Below are positions 41,233 through 50,396 of a DNA stretch of 64,000 nt, piece after piece. The DNA comes from Trueperaceae bacterium (GTDB lineage Bacteria; Deinococcota; Deinococci; Deinococcales; Trueperaceae). The position numbers and the translations under genes were made by a program. Position 1 is the first letter of the stretch. Every line of letters begins with the position of its first letter. The DNA is taken from positions 736,001 through 800,000 of the forward strand of contig CBDCDZ010000004.1 in the NCBI GenBank assembly GCA_965215565.1, read 5' to 3'. The notes under the pieces are model-generated. The model had not been told where the DNA came from, did not search any database, and worked only from the letters and a program-made list of their open reading frames with translations.

Positions 41233-43311
41233 TTAGTTGCCCGACGCCGCCCCCGAGAGGAGTTCACCTAAGCGGCGCACCGACTCGGCTTGCTGACCCT
41301 CCAAGCCCTCCGCGTACTGCGTGGTCTCTTCGCCCAAGCGGGAGAGGATGTCGGCGGCTTGCGCGCTGCCCGTGCCGAGCGCTGTCCCAAGCTGCTCTAA
41401 AGAGGTCACGATGGGCTGCAAGTCGGGATCGTCTAAGCTGCTGAGGCGCTGCTGCCAGCCCCGGATAACCTCGATAGCGGTGTCCTCGTCTAAGTTCTCC
41501 ACGCCGCCTTCTAAAGCGGAGATCGTCTCGTCTAAGTTCGGCGTGCTCACGGTGGAGTCGCCAGCGGGTGCGTCGATGGCTTCGCCGCCCGTCATGTCGC
41601 CGCCCGTCATGCCACCGCCGGTTACGTTGTCTTGGACGCTGCTCGAGAAGCTGGTGCTGCTCGCCAACATCGAGAGGTCGGTCATGCCCGTCTCGACTTG
41701 CGGCGCGTCGGCTTGCGCCTCACCGCTCACTCCGGCTTGCTCCGCCAAGTTGCCTAGAGCGTAGTTCATCACATGGAAGAGGTAGTTCTGCTCGACGGTG
41801 CCGCGTACTAAGTGCGAACGCGGACCGATGGCGTAAGCGGCGATGTCCGTGCCGTCGTGCGTCTCGCTGCTCAGGGGCACGAGCGCCTGCTGGAAGAAGT
41901 CTTTCGCCTGCGTGTCCGTATCAGACAGGTCGGGGCGTTCGCCGATGACCGCGCCGGGACCATTGAGGTAGCCCAGGGTGGTGTAAGGCTTGCCGTCCGC
42001 GGCGAGGGCGAGTTCGTCCACCGGCTCGCCTTGGTCGTCGAGCCCTCTGACGAGACCTAAAATCGGGTTGCCGCGCTGCGGGTAGCCCGCGATGTCCATC
42101 GTGTGCGCGTGGTCGGCGGTGACGATGATCAGCGTGTTCTCGGTGTCCACCTTGTCCAGTGCCGCCTGCACCGCGTTCGCGAACGCGATGTTGTCGGTCA
42201 GCGTGCGAAAGGCGTTCGTGCCGTGGCTCGCGTGGTCCACGCGCCCCGACTCAACCTGGAGGATGTAGCCCTCTTCGTTCTGCGACAACACGTCGATGGC
42301 TTTAGAGACCATCTCGGAGAGCGCGGGCTCGCCGCCCGTGTCCTCAGCGCGGTCGGCTTCGTACTCCATGTGCGACTGATTGAAAAGCCCTAAAACTGGA
42401 CCGGTGGAAGCTGGGTCGATGGCGTCAAAGTCCTCTTGGTTCCAAACGTAGGTCGCGCCTTCGCGCCCCTGAACCCACTCTTCGGTCAAGTTGCGCCCGT
42501 CGGTACGGCGGCCCGTTTCATCCTCGTCTTCGGGGTCTTGCACGTCTTCGGGGAGGAAGTGGCGGCGTCCGCCACCCATCGCAACCTCTAAGCCGTCGCC
42601 GTAGGGGAAGTCGATGAGCTGCGAGGCGATGTCCGTGCAGCCTCCCTGGACCGCCTCTTCGGGCAGCGCGGAGTTATCTTCCCAGTTGCGGTCGGCGGAG
42701 TGTGCGTAGTTCGCAGCGGGCGTTGCGTGGGTAATGCGGGCGGTGCTGACCGTGCCCGTCGCCATGCCAACTGTCTCCGCGAGTTCGAAGAGCGTAGTAA
42801 GGCGGTTTTCCTGGGCTGAGGCGCAGTCGCCGCGCAGCACGTCCGGGCCGACACCTAAGACGCCCTGCTTCGTCTTGATGCCCGTGCTCCACGCCGTGCC
42901 CGTACCCGCTGAGTCAGGCACTTGCGCGTTGGAGTTGTAGGTCTTGATCAGCGCGACGTTCGGGAAGGTGTCATAAGGGAGGATGTTCTCTTCGCCCTGC
43001 AAGCCCTTCATCTGCCCCGCCAAGATGCGCGTCGCCGTGACCGTCGTAGGCCCGGCACCGTCCGCGACGAAGATGATGACGTTTTGCGCCTCGTTATTAT
43101 TGGGCTGCACCTCCAACATCTGCTCCAGAGTCTGCTGACCTAGCGCGTAGTACGGGTCGCTCGTCTGTGACATGGAGAGGTCGGCTGAGCCCCCCGTTTC
43201 CATGCCTCCTGTTATTGCGCCGCCTGTCGCGCCACCCGTCTGCGCGAAGCCTACGCCTGTGAGCGCCGCGCCGCTGAGCGCCACGTAACCAAGAAGTCGT
43301 CCTAGTCGCAT
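41233..43311 (-). CDS. phoA: Secreted alkaline phosphatase (PhoA family) with C-terminal extension
   Basis: IIFVADG, PDSAGT (catalytic Ser), HATPA, ESGRVDHASH, TADHAH, ETH; signal peptide; GGAGGA RBS. Confidence 0.9.
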   Translation of the reverse strand: MRLGRLLGYVALSGAALTGVGFAQTGGATGGAITGGMETGGSADLSMSQTSDPYYALGQQTLEQMLEVQPNNNEAQNVIIFVADGAGPTTVTATRILAGQMKGLQGEENILPYDTFPNVALIKTYNSNAQVPDSAGTGTAWSTGIKTKQGVLGVGPDVLRGDCASAQENRLTTLFELAETVGMATGTVSTARITHATPAANYAHSADRNWEDNSALPEEAVQGGCTDIASQLIDFPYGDGLEVAMGGGRRHFLPEDVQDPEDEDETGRRTDGRNLTEEWVQGREGATYVWNQEDFDAIDPASTGPVLGLFNQSHMEYEADRAEDTGGEPALSEMVSKAIDVLSQNEEGYILQVESGRVDHASHGTNAFRTLTDNIAFANAVQAALDKVDTENTLIIVTADHAHTMDIAGYPQRGNPILGLVRGLDDQGEPVDELALAADGKPYTTLGYLNGPGAVIGERPDLSDTDTQAKDFFQQALVPLSSETHDGTDIAAYAIGPRSHLVRGTVEQNYLFHVMNYALGNLAEQAGVSGEAQADAPQVETGMTDLSMLASSTSFSSSVQDNVTGGGMTGGDMTGGEAIDAPAGDSTVSTPNLDETISALEGGVENLDEDTAIEVIRGWQQRLSSLDDPDLQPIVTSLEQLGTALGTGSAQAADILSRLGEETTQYAEGLEGQQAESVRRLGELLSGAASGN

Positions 43312-43471
43312 ATTTCCTCCTCTGAGGTCACAGTCACGAATCCGTCCGCGAGTCACGCCGCCGATACCGTTATGAAAAACCTCACGAGCAACTTAGCGTA
43401 GCAATGTCATGGCTTTGTAAAACAGTAAGATATTTGGTGAGATGCTGTGAAGTGCTTAGTGGGGAAGATAG

Positions 43472-43540
43472 CGATGAGCAATGAGCGACGAGCAATGAGT
43501 AGAAAGGCTCTAGTCTTCTCTTATTGCTTATCGCTTGCTT
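43472..43540. repeat. Heptamer (ATGAGCA-type) tandem repeat folded into a hairpin
   Basis: GATGAGCAATGAGCGACGAGCAATGAG...CTTATTGCTTATCGC; a similar unit lies at 56091-56189. Confidence 0.6.
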
Positions 43541-43589
43541 TTGATACCGTTTCTGTCCCAATAAGAACTACCCCGAGTGTAAGGAGTAG

Positions 43590-43628
43590 AAAAGAGTACG
43601 GATTTCGCTGATAGCGAAATCCGTACTC
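43590..43628 (-). terminator. valS terminator built from family C repeat sequence
   Basis: Perfect 16-bp stem GAGTACGGATTTCGCT-GAT-AGCGAAATCCGTACTC, followed by TTTT on the minus strand. Confidence 0.75.
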
Positions 43629-43656
43629 GAGATTGTCAGCGGCGCGGAAGGATGCC

Positions 43657-46293
43657 CTATTCGAGTTGCGCCAGACTTCCTTTCACGCCTTCGATGAGCG
43701 ACTTCGCCTCCTCTAAACGCCTGCGCTCCTCCGCCACCACCTCATCAGGTGCGTTCTCGACGAACTTCGCGTTGCTGAGTTTCTTCTCGCTCTTCTGGGC
43801 GTTCTTCTCCAACTCAGCTAGGCGCTTCTCCTGGCGCTGCCGCCACTCGTCCACGTCCACGAGCCCTTCGAAGGGAAGTTTTAGCTCAATTCCCGGTACG
43901 ACCTGCGACAAGGATGCGCCCTCCGGCTGGGTCTCTAGGAGCGTCGCCCGCGCCAAACTCTCCACCACCTCTTTATTCGCGTAGAGTACACCTGCCGCGT
44001 CCCCTTCGGCAAAGAGGTTGATCCTCTGCGTCGGGTTGAGGTTCGCCTCGGCGCGGAGGTTGCGCGCCGCCGTGACCGCGTTTTGCAGGTGCGTGAAGTC
44101 GCGCTCGGCGTCTCTATCTAAGCGCGTTTCATCGAAGGTGGGATACTCGGCGTAACCGAGTTGCTCTTCATAGCCTAACGCCTCGTAAAGCTCAGAGGTG
44201 ATGAAGGGGACGATGGGGTGTAAAAGCTCGAGGATGGCGGTGAAGACGTGGCGCAAGACCTCTTTGGTTTGCGCGTCTCCCGCGTAGAGCTGCGGCTTCG
44301 CCGCCTCCAAATACCAGTCGCAGAACTCGGACCAGACGAAGTCGTAAAGCGCGCGGTTCGCGCCGCCCAGGTCATAGGCCTCCAACCTCTCCGTCGCCTC
44401 TCTCGTAGCGCGTTGCAGGCGGCTTAAAATCCAAGCGTCGGCGAGGGTATTCGGTTTCACCTCAACATCGTTCGTCGATGACGAGATGCCACCTCCAAGA
44501 TTCATAAACGTAAACCGCGCCGCGTTCCACAGCTTGTTGTTGAAGTTGCGCCCCATCTCCACGCGGCGCGCGTCCCAGCGGATGTCTTGCCCGCCCGTCG
44601 AAGCGTAGCTCGTCGCGAAACGCAGCGCGTCCGCGCCGAACTGCTCGATGACCTCTAAGGGGTCGATGCCGTTGCCCTTCGACTTGGACATCTTCTGACC
44701 CTGCTCGTCCAAAACGAGCCCGTGCAAAAAGACGTGCTTGAAGGGCGCTCGGTCCGTAAACTGATAGCCCGCCATCTCCATGCGCGCCACCCATAAGAAG
44801 AGGATGTCGTAGCCCGTGACTAAGACCGAAGTCGGGTAGAACTTCTCGTAAAAAGGCGCGTCTGTGTCGGGCCAGCCGAGCGTCGAGAAGGGCCAAAGGT
44901 TACTGGAGAACCAGGTGTCGAACACGTCGGGGTCTTGGATCAAAGCGGCGTCTGTTTTTTCTGTCGGGTCGGTGTAGGGATCGTCCGCGCTAGGCACGTA
45001 GACGTTACCCTCGTCGTCGTACCAGGCTGGAATTTGATGACCCCACCAGAGCTGGCGCGAGATATTCCAGTCGCGCAGGTTCTCCAACCAATCCCTATTC
45101 ACCTTCGCGTAGCGCTCGGGAAAAATGCGGATGTCGCCTTCGTCAAGTCCGCGGAGCACCCGCTTGGCAACCTCTTCCGTTCTATAGAACCACTGTTTGG
45201 ACAAGAGAGGTTCGACGGGCTCGCCCGTGCGCTGAGAGAGCCCCAACGCCACCGTGTAGTCGCGCTGCTCGAGTAAGTCACCATTCTCTTCTAGTGCCCG
45301 CACCACCTCTTTCCTCGCCTCGAAACGGTCTAGCCCGCGAAAGGTCTTGGGCACGAGGTCGCCGAAGAGCTTGGCGTCTAGGTCGATGACGCTGGGACGC
45401 TCTAAGTTGTGCCTCTCCCCTATCTCAAAATCGGTGGGGTCGTGCGCCGGGGTGATTTTGAGCGCCCCTGTCCCAAAGTCCATCTCGACGGCTTCGTCGG
45501 TGATGATGGGCACCCAGCGCTCGGTGAGGGGGATGCGCGCCTTCGTACCAATTGAAGAGGTAAAGCGCTCGTCGTCGGGGTGCACGGCAATCGCTTGGTC
45601 CGCAAAGATGGTTTCGGGGCGCACGGTGGCGATGTGGATAGCGCCGCCACCCTCCAGTTCATACGCCAGCGTGTAGAGCTTCCCCTGGCGCTCCTCGCGG
45701 TCCACCTCTAGTTCCGAGAGCGTCGTCTGGCTCGCCGGGTCCCAGTTGACGATGCGTTCGCCCCGGTAGACGAGCCTCTGATGGTAGAGGTCCACGAACT
45801 GCTTGCGCACCGCGCGCGACAGCCCCTCGTCCATCGTGAAGCGCGTGCGCGTCCAGTCCGCCGAAACCCCTAAGCGCTGAAGCTGTCCTAAGATAATGCC
45901 GCCGTAGCGCTCTTTCCATTCCCACACGCGCTCTAAAAACTGGTCCCGTCCGAGATCATATTTAGTCTTGCCCTCTTCACGGAGCGCGCGCTCGACTTGC
46001 ACCTGCGTCGAAATACCTGCGTGGTCGGTGCCGGGCTGAAATAGCGCTTCAAAACCCTGCATCCGCTTAAAGCGAATCAGCGTGTCGATAATTGTGTTGT
46101 CGAAGGCGTGACCTAAGTGCAGGTTGCCCGTGACGTTGGGCGGCGGGATGACGATGCAAAAGGGTTCTTTATCTGAGGTTGCGTCGGCGGTGAAGGGCTC
46201 TTCAGCCCAGCGCTCGACCCACTTCTGTTCGACGTCAAAGGGGTTGTACTGTTTGGCAAGCTCCGGCTGCGGTGTGCTCAAGGTATCACTCAT
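43657..46293 (-). CDS. valS: Valine--tRNA ligase
   Basis: PPPNVTGNLHLGH, DWNISRQLWWGH, KMSKS, C-terminal coiled coil. Confidence 0.98.
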   Translation of the reverse strand: MSDTLSTPQPELAKQYNPFDVEQKWVERWAEEPFTADATSDKEPFCIVIPPPNVTGNLHLGHAFDNTIIDTLIRFKRMQGFEALFQPGTDHAGISTQVQVERALREEGKTKYDLGRDQFLERVWEWKERYGGIILGQLQRLGVSADWTRTRFTMDEGLSRAVRKQFVDLYHQRLVYRGERIVNWDPASQTTLSELEVDREERQGKLYTLAYELEGGGAIHIATVRPETIFADQAIAVHPDDERFTSSIGTKARIPLTERWVPIITDEAVEMDFGTGALKITPAHDPTDFEIGERHNLERPSVIDLDAKLFGDLVPKTFRGLDRFEARKEVVRALEENGDLLEQRDYTVALGLSQRTGEPVEPLLSKQWFYRTEEVAKRVLRGLDEGDIRIFPERYAKVNRDWLENLRDWNISRQLWWGHQIPAWYDDEGNVYVPSADDPYTDPTEKTDAALIQDPDVFDTWFSSNLWPFSTLGWPDTDAPFYEKFYPTSVLVTGYDILFLWVARMEMAGYQFTDRAPFKHVFLHGLVLDEQGQKMSKSKGNGIDPLEVIEQFGADALRFATSYASTGGQDIRWDARRVEMGRNFNNKLWNAARFTFMNLGGGISSSTNDVEVKPNTLADAWILSRLQRATREATERLEAYDLGGANRALYDFVWSEFCDWYLEAAKPQLYAGDAQTKEVLRHVFTAILELLHPIVPFITSELYEALGYEEQLGYAEYPTFDETRLDRDAERDFTHLQNAVTAARNLRAEANLNPTQRINLFAEGDAAGVLYANKEVVESLARATLLETQPEGASLSQVVPGIELKLPFEGLVDVDEWRQRQEKRLAELEKNAQKSEKKLSNAKFVENAPDEVVAEERRRLEEAKSLIEGVKGSLAQLE

Positions 46294-46310
46294 GTAGGGT
46301 CTCCTTTTTC

Positions 46311-46453
46311 TAGCAGGTCTCAGGCAAAGCCTAGCGGGATTTCATCTGGTTTGAAACACTCTCACCTCATTAGAACATCGCGCAGCACGCACATTCTGAA
46401 ATGAGGTTCCGTTAAGCTGCGCTCATCTGTCTCAGTATGTTTTGGAACTGCTA
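46311..46453 (-). mobile_element. MITE family A, copy 2
   Basis: Minus strand TAGCAGTTCCAAAACATACTGAGAC...CAGAATGTGCGTGCTG...ACCAGATGA...ACCTGCTA. Confidence 0.8.
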
Positions 46454-47184
46454 TCAGTGTCGAGTTCAGCGACGAGAATGGCTCGAGGGCTGTCCAGCGT
46501 ATAGGGGCTGCGCTCGAGCGAACCGAAACACCCCGTAATGCGCAGCCCCGCTCGTTCGAAAAGATTGACGAGTTCTCGCATGGTGTAGTGACGGCGCTTA
46601 AAGGTGTGCGTCTGGACCTGCCCGTCAGGGAAAATATAGTGTTCGGTGTGGTGCTGATCACCCGTGTGAACGTCGAAGCGTGATTCGCGTAGGAGCCAAG
46701 GCAAGTCGTCCGAAGGGCGCTGCCAGCTCTGAGAGACGCCACCTTTAGCCACCCGTTCACGGTTCGTCGTGTCGAACAGAAAGCGCCCGCCCGGTTGGAG
46801 CGAAGTTGCAACGCCGCGCAAAATGCTCAGATGCGTTTCGTCGTCCCAGGCGAAGAGCGTGTTGTAGAGGCAGTAAGCTGCGTCGAATGCTGAGTCGAAA
46901 GATAAGGTCCTAGCATCTTTTTCTACTAAGGTGGCGTCAAAAGACGCCAAACGCTCCGCCGCCCGTTCCAAAAACTCCACTTGCGCGTCCACCCCGACGA
47001 GCGGTCCGAAGCCGCGCCGCGCCAGTTCTGCAAGGTGCACGCCCCAACCACATCCGAGGTCTAAAACGCGCTGACCCGTCGAGAGGTCTAGGGCAGAAAC
47101 GAGCCCGTCCACCTCTTTTTGGGTGCGCGCGTCGGACTGGCGCACCTCATGAAACTTTCTGTAAAGCTCACCGAATTCATCCAT
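46432..47184 (-). CDS. Class I SAM-dependent methyltransferase
   Basis: VLDLGCGWG, FDAAYC, LQPGGRFLFD; GGAGGAGG RBS. Confidence 0.88.
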   Translation of the reverse strand: MDEFGELYRKFHEVRQSDARTQKEVDGLVSALDLSTGQRVLDLGCGWGVHLAELARRGFGPLVGVDAQVEFLERAAERLASFDATLVEKDARTLSFDSAFDAAYCLYNTLFAWDDETHLSILRGVATSLQPGGRFLFDTTNRERVAKGGVSQSWQRPSDDLPWLLRESRFDVHTGDQHHTEHYIFPDGQVQTHTFKRRHYTMRELVNLFERAGLRITGCFGSLERSPYTLDSPRAILVAELDTDSSSKTY

Positions 47185-47185
47185 A

Positions 47186-47527
47186 AAAACACCTCCTCCA
47201 CATGACGTTTATTCAACGTCTGCGGACGAGGCTCTTCCCCGCGTTACCACCGCAGTTCCCTACCTTGGTAGATAGAGCACTTCATTGCGTCGCGGCTGAC
47301 GGGGCGACTCGAACACAGCGACAAGGTCTGTATTCGCCGGAGGGTCTAGTCGGTTGGGGCTATTGGCCTTCAAAAGCTGGCAAACCTCTCAACCTTTCTT
47401 CCTCAACAGGTGGCATCTTTTGATGGATGATACCCTTCTAGGCGACCTTCACTCGCGGCACTCCGCTCGGACTTTCAGCGCACCGTCCGGGCTCTCTTAT
47501 GAAGCGAGAAGCGAGCTACTCCTCCTA
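47186..47527 (-). ncRNA. T-box riboswitch, Val specifier (GUC)
   Basis: Minus strand: AGGAGGAGTAG...AGAGAG...GGTGCGCTGAAAG stem I; GAAG-GTC-GCCT specifier (47446-47444); CCCGTCA; antiterminator TGCGG-TGGTAAC-GCGGGG...CTCGT-CCGCA (47254-47221); TACACT -10 at 47538-47533. Confidence 0.85.
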
Positions 47528-47652
47528 CTTAGAGTGTAGCAAAGCGCGAGGTAAGACGCAAAGAGGTCAAAGAACAGTGGCGAGGTTTTCAGTGGAAGAA
47601 GACCGAGGAATGAAAGTATCAAAGTCGTTTCTCAAAACCTCTTCTTCTAACT

Positions 47653-48663
47653 TCAAGGACCTTCGCCGCCCGTCTCTCCTACACTTACAGACGGGTCCAG
47701 ATACTCGTTGCTGAAAAATGTGTCCGCCGGGAGGTCCGTTTGGGCGCGCCCGACCTCTTGTAAAAAGGTGAGTGCGTCGTCCCAGCGCGCCGGGTCAGTG
47801 GAGCCTACGCCGTTGGCCTCGCTGTAGGGCGAGGTCAAGAGGGGCAGCGTCGCCTCTAAAACCGCCAAGCGGTCCTCGTCCAAGTTCTCGACGTATTCCC
47901 TCGACGCCTCGAACGCCCGCCTCGGCTCCTCCAAAGTCAGCGCAAGACCTCTTTGCGACGCGCTTAAAAAACGCCGCACCAGGTCTTCGTCCTCCAAAAC
48001 CGCTTCCGTCGTGACGACGCCCGCACCGGGTGCGGGGTTGTAGTCACCGGCGGGGATGACGTTCACCTCGACGCCGCGCTGCGCCAAGACTAGGGGTTCG
48101 TTGTTGATAAAACCCATCGCCACGTCTACGCGCCCGCCGAGTAAAGCTTCCAACTGCGTGAAGCCGATCTGCTCTACGGTGAGGTCGTCTTCCGTCAAAT
48201 CTGCTGCTTGCAACACCCCTTGAAACGAGGTGTACGACGAGCCGAAGAGCCCCGGCAGTCCTACCGTCTTACCTGCTAAGTCCTCAATTTCAGTAATGTT
48301 CGCTTCCGGCAGCGAAAAGAGCGCGCTCGGCACGCGCTGGAAGAGCGCCATGAGGTAGACGAAGCGCGTGCCCTCCGGGTCTTGAGCACGTAAGCTGATC
48401 ACGTCCTCGGCGTCGCCTACGACGAAGTCGAGCCTGCCTTGGGCTAAGAGCGGGTAGAGTTCGCTGACGAAACCGTGCTGGAACTCCACCTCTAAACCTT
48501 GTTCTTCATAAAAGCCCGCTACCGCAGCCGCATAGAAGGGCGCGAACTGCACGTCGGGCAAGTAGCCGAGCCCTACGCGGACGCTCTGGGCGTTCGCGGA
48601 GAGAGTCAACAGAAATAGCGTCAAAACTGTGTAGCGTAAAAGCGTAGTCATCGGAACGGACAC
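47653..48663 (-). CDS. NMT1/THI5-like ABC substrate-binding protein (RibY-like)
   Basis: Signal peptide; GYLPDVQFAPFY, DLAGKTVGLPGLFGSSY, GFINNEP. Confidence 0.8.
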   Translation of the reverse strand: MSVPMTTLLRYTVLTLFLLTLSANAQSVRVGLGYLPDVQFAPFYAAAVAGFYEEQGLEVEFQHGFVSELYPLLAQGRLDFVVGDAEDVISLRAQDPEGTRFVYLMALFQRVPSALFSLPEANITEIEDLAGKTVGLPGLFGSSYTSFQGVLQAADLTEDDLTVEQIGFTQLEALLGGRVDVAMGFINNEPLVLAQRGVEVNVIPAGDYNPAPGAGVVTTEAVLEDEDLVRRFLSASQRGLALTLEEPRRAFEASREYVENLDEDRLAVLEATLPLLTSPYSEANGVGSTDPARWDDALTFLQEVGRAQTDLPADTFFSNEYLDPSVSVGETGGEGP

Positions 48664-48786
48664 ACCTCCAGAATGAAAGCTTAGAAGAAAGCCAAGCTGT
48701 ACGATACCGAATGCGTTAGAAGAAACCGTGAGCAGCGCGACAAGACATGTTCATCGGCGCTTCAGGTTTCTTAGCTCCTCAGACTT

Positions 48787-50304
48787 TTACCTGCGGCGGT
48801 AGCTCAGCGCCCACTTCTCAAGAAGTCCAACTGCGCCGTAAAGCAGCAAGCCTAATGCGACGTTCACGCCGACGGCGGCAACCGCGTTCGCCACGCGAAA
48901 ATTGAGCCGCTCACTGTTGGCGAACGCGCCTAAACCGGGTCCGCCGAAGACGAACTCGCCCACCACCGTGCCGATGAGTGCCAGTGTCACGGTGAGGCGC
49001 AAACCGCCCAACACGACGGGGAGCGCGCCGGGCAGCTCGAGCCGTGAAAAGTTCCCCCACGCCGTTGCGCCGATTGTCCTAAAGACCTCCCTATAAACCC
49101 GCCCGACTTCGCGCACGCCCACCACCGTCGAGACGAGCACCGGGAAAACCGAGATGAGCGAGGTCACGGTGAGCTTCGCACTCAAGCCGTAGCCGAGCCA
49201 GAGGACTAAAAGCGGCGCGATGATCACGGTGGGTACGGCTTGAAGCGCGACGATGAAGGGAGACAAAAGGCGCTCTAAAGGTTTCGAGCGTCCCATAAGG
49301 TAGCCTAGCGGCACACCCAGCCCAAGCGCCACGAATACGCCGAGTAAAGTGACGCGCAAGGTGGCGAGCGTGTGACCTGTGAGCACAGCGGCGTTGTCTA
49401 GGAGCGCGCGCCCTACGGTGAGCGGCGAGGGCAAGAAAAGCGGCGACACGCGGCTTGCGAGCGCACTCCAGCCCGCTAAGAAGAGGACCAAGAGCGCCGC
49501 CGCGCCGAGGAGTTCCCAGGGGGCACGCGCCGGCGTGCGCGCCCGACGAAGCTCCGTCGAATCGGCGACGCCCAAGCGGGCGCGCAGGTCCGCCTCGAGC
49601 CCTGCCTCATACGCCGTGATGCGCCCCTCGCTACGGGCGTCCAGCACTGTTTCGATGCGCCCGTCTTTTAAGACCACTACGCGGTCCGCCATGTAGACCG
49701 CCTCGCGGATACTGTGCGTGACGAAGAGAACGGTCTTCTGCGTCTTCTGGTGGAGGCGTTTGAGTTCTAAGTTGAAGCGTTCGCGCACGAGCGCGTCCAG
49801 AGCGGCGAAGGGCTCGTCCATGAGCAGCACTTCGGCGTCCTGGGCGAGCGCCCTGGCGATGGCGACGCGCGCCTGCATCCCGCCTGAAAGCTGATGCGGG
49901 TAGCGCGCGGCGTGCTCTTGCATCCCCACCTGCTTTAAGACCTCGTCCGCGTCCTCGCCGCGCCCGGTGAGGTCACGGGGCAACGAGACGTTGCGCCGCA
50001 CCGTGCGCCAGGGCAAAAGGCGATAATCTTGGAACACGACAGCGGGACCGCCCCGGACCTCTACCTCGCCCCTGTCCGCTTTGAGAAGCCCTGCAATCAC
50101 GCGCAAAAGTGTACTCTTGCCGCCGCCTGACGGACCGATGAGCGCCACGAACTCGCCGCGCTTAACCTCCAAGTCCACGCTCTGCAACACCGGATTGTCC
50201 TGAAAGGTGACGCACACACCCTCTAAACGGATAACGGGCGGCGCGGATTCAGCAGTAGGCTCGGACGGACGAGATGGCAGAGAGAGACTCACGACCTCCA
50301 GCAT
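48787..50304 (-). CDS. Fused ABC ATPase-permease (SsuB/TauB-like + SsuC/RibX-like)
   Basis: GPSGGGKS, LSGGMQARV, MDEPFAALD, VTHS, followed by a TM domain with LPSP and GEFV...GLG. Confidence 0.85.
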   Translation of the reverse strand: MLEVVSLSLPSRPSEPTAESAPPVIRLEGVCVTFQDNPVLQSVDLEVKRGEFVALIGPSGGGKSTLLRVIAGLLKADRGEVEVRGGPAVVFQDYRLLPWRTVRRNVSLPRDLTGRGEDADEVLKQVGMQEHAARYPHQLSGGMQARVAIARALAQDAEVLLMDEPFAALDALVRERFNLELKRLHQKTQKTVLFVTHSIREAVYMADRVVVLKDGRIETVLDARSEGRITAYEAGLEADLRARLGVADSTELRRARTPARAPWELLGAAALLVLFLAGWSALASRVSPLFLPSPLTVGRALLDNAAVLTGHTLATLRVTLLGVFVALGLGVPLGYLMGRSKPLERLLSPFIVALQAVPTVIIAPLLVLWLGYGLSAKLTVTSLISVFPVLVSTVVGVREVGRVYREVFRTIGATAWGNFSRLELPGALPVVLGGLRLTVTLALIGTVVGEFVFGGPGLGAFANSERLNFRVANAVAAVGVNVALGLLLYGAVGLLEKWALSYRRR

Positions 50305-50396
50305 AACGTTACCGCACTTAGGAACGGGTTATCTCGAGGCGTATGGGTGCCACCGGTCTCCTTTCGCCACCTTCTCCCTAAATCTCTTTTCTTCTC

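Noticed and set aside
43385..43440. Pho box upstream of phoA (TTACA-N6-TGACA before a TACGCT -10); ACATGA-N5-ACATGA near 41148-41164
   Set aside because: The 11-bp spacing is suggestive, but the matches are too short and differ from each other; not called
50305..50396. FMN or TPP riboswitch upstream of the RibXY-like transporter
   Set aside because: The spacer is about 90 nt and lacks the conserved FMN and TPP core motifs
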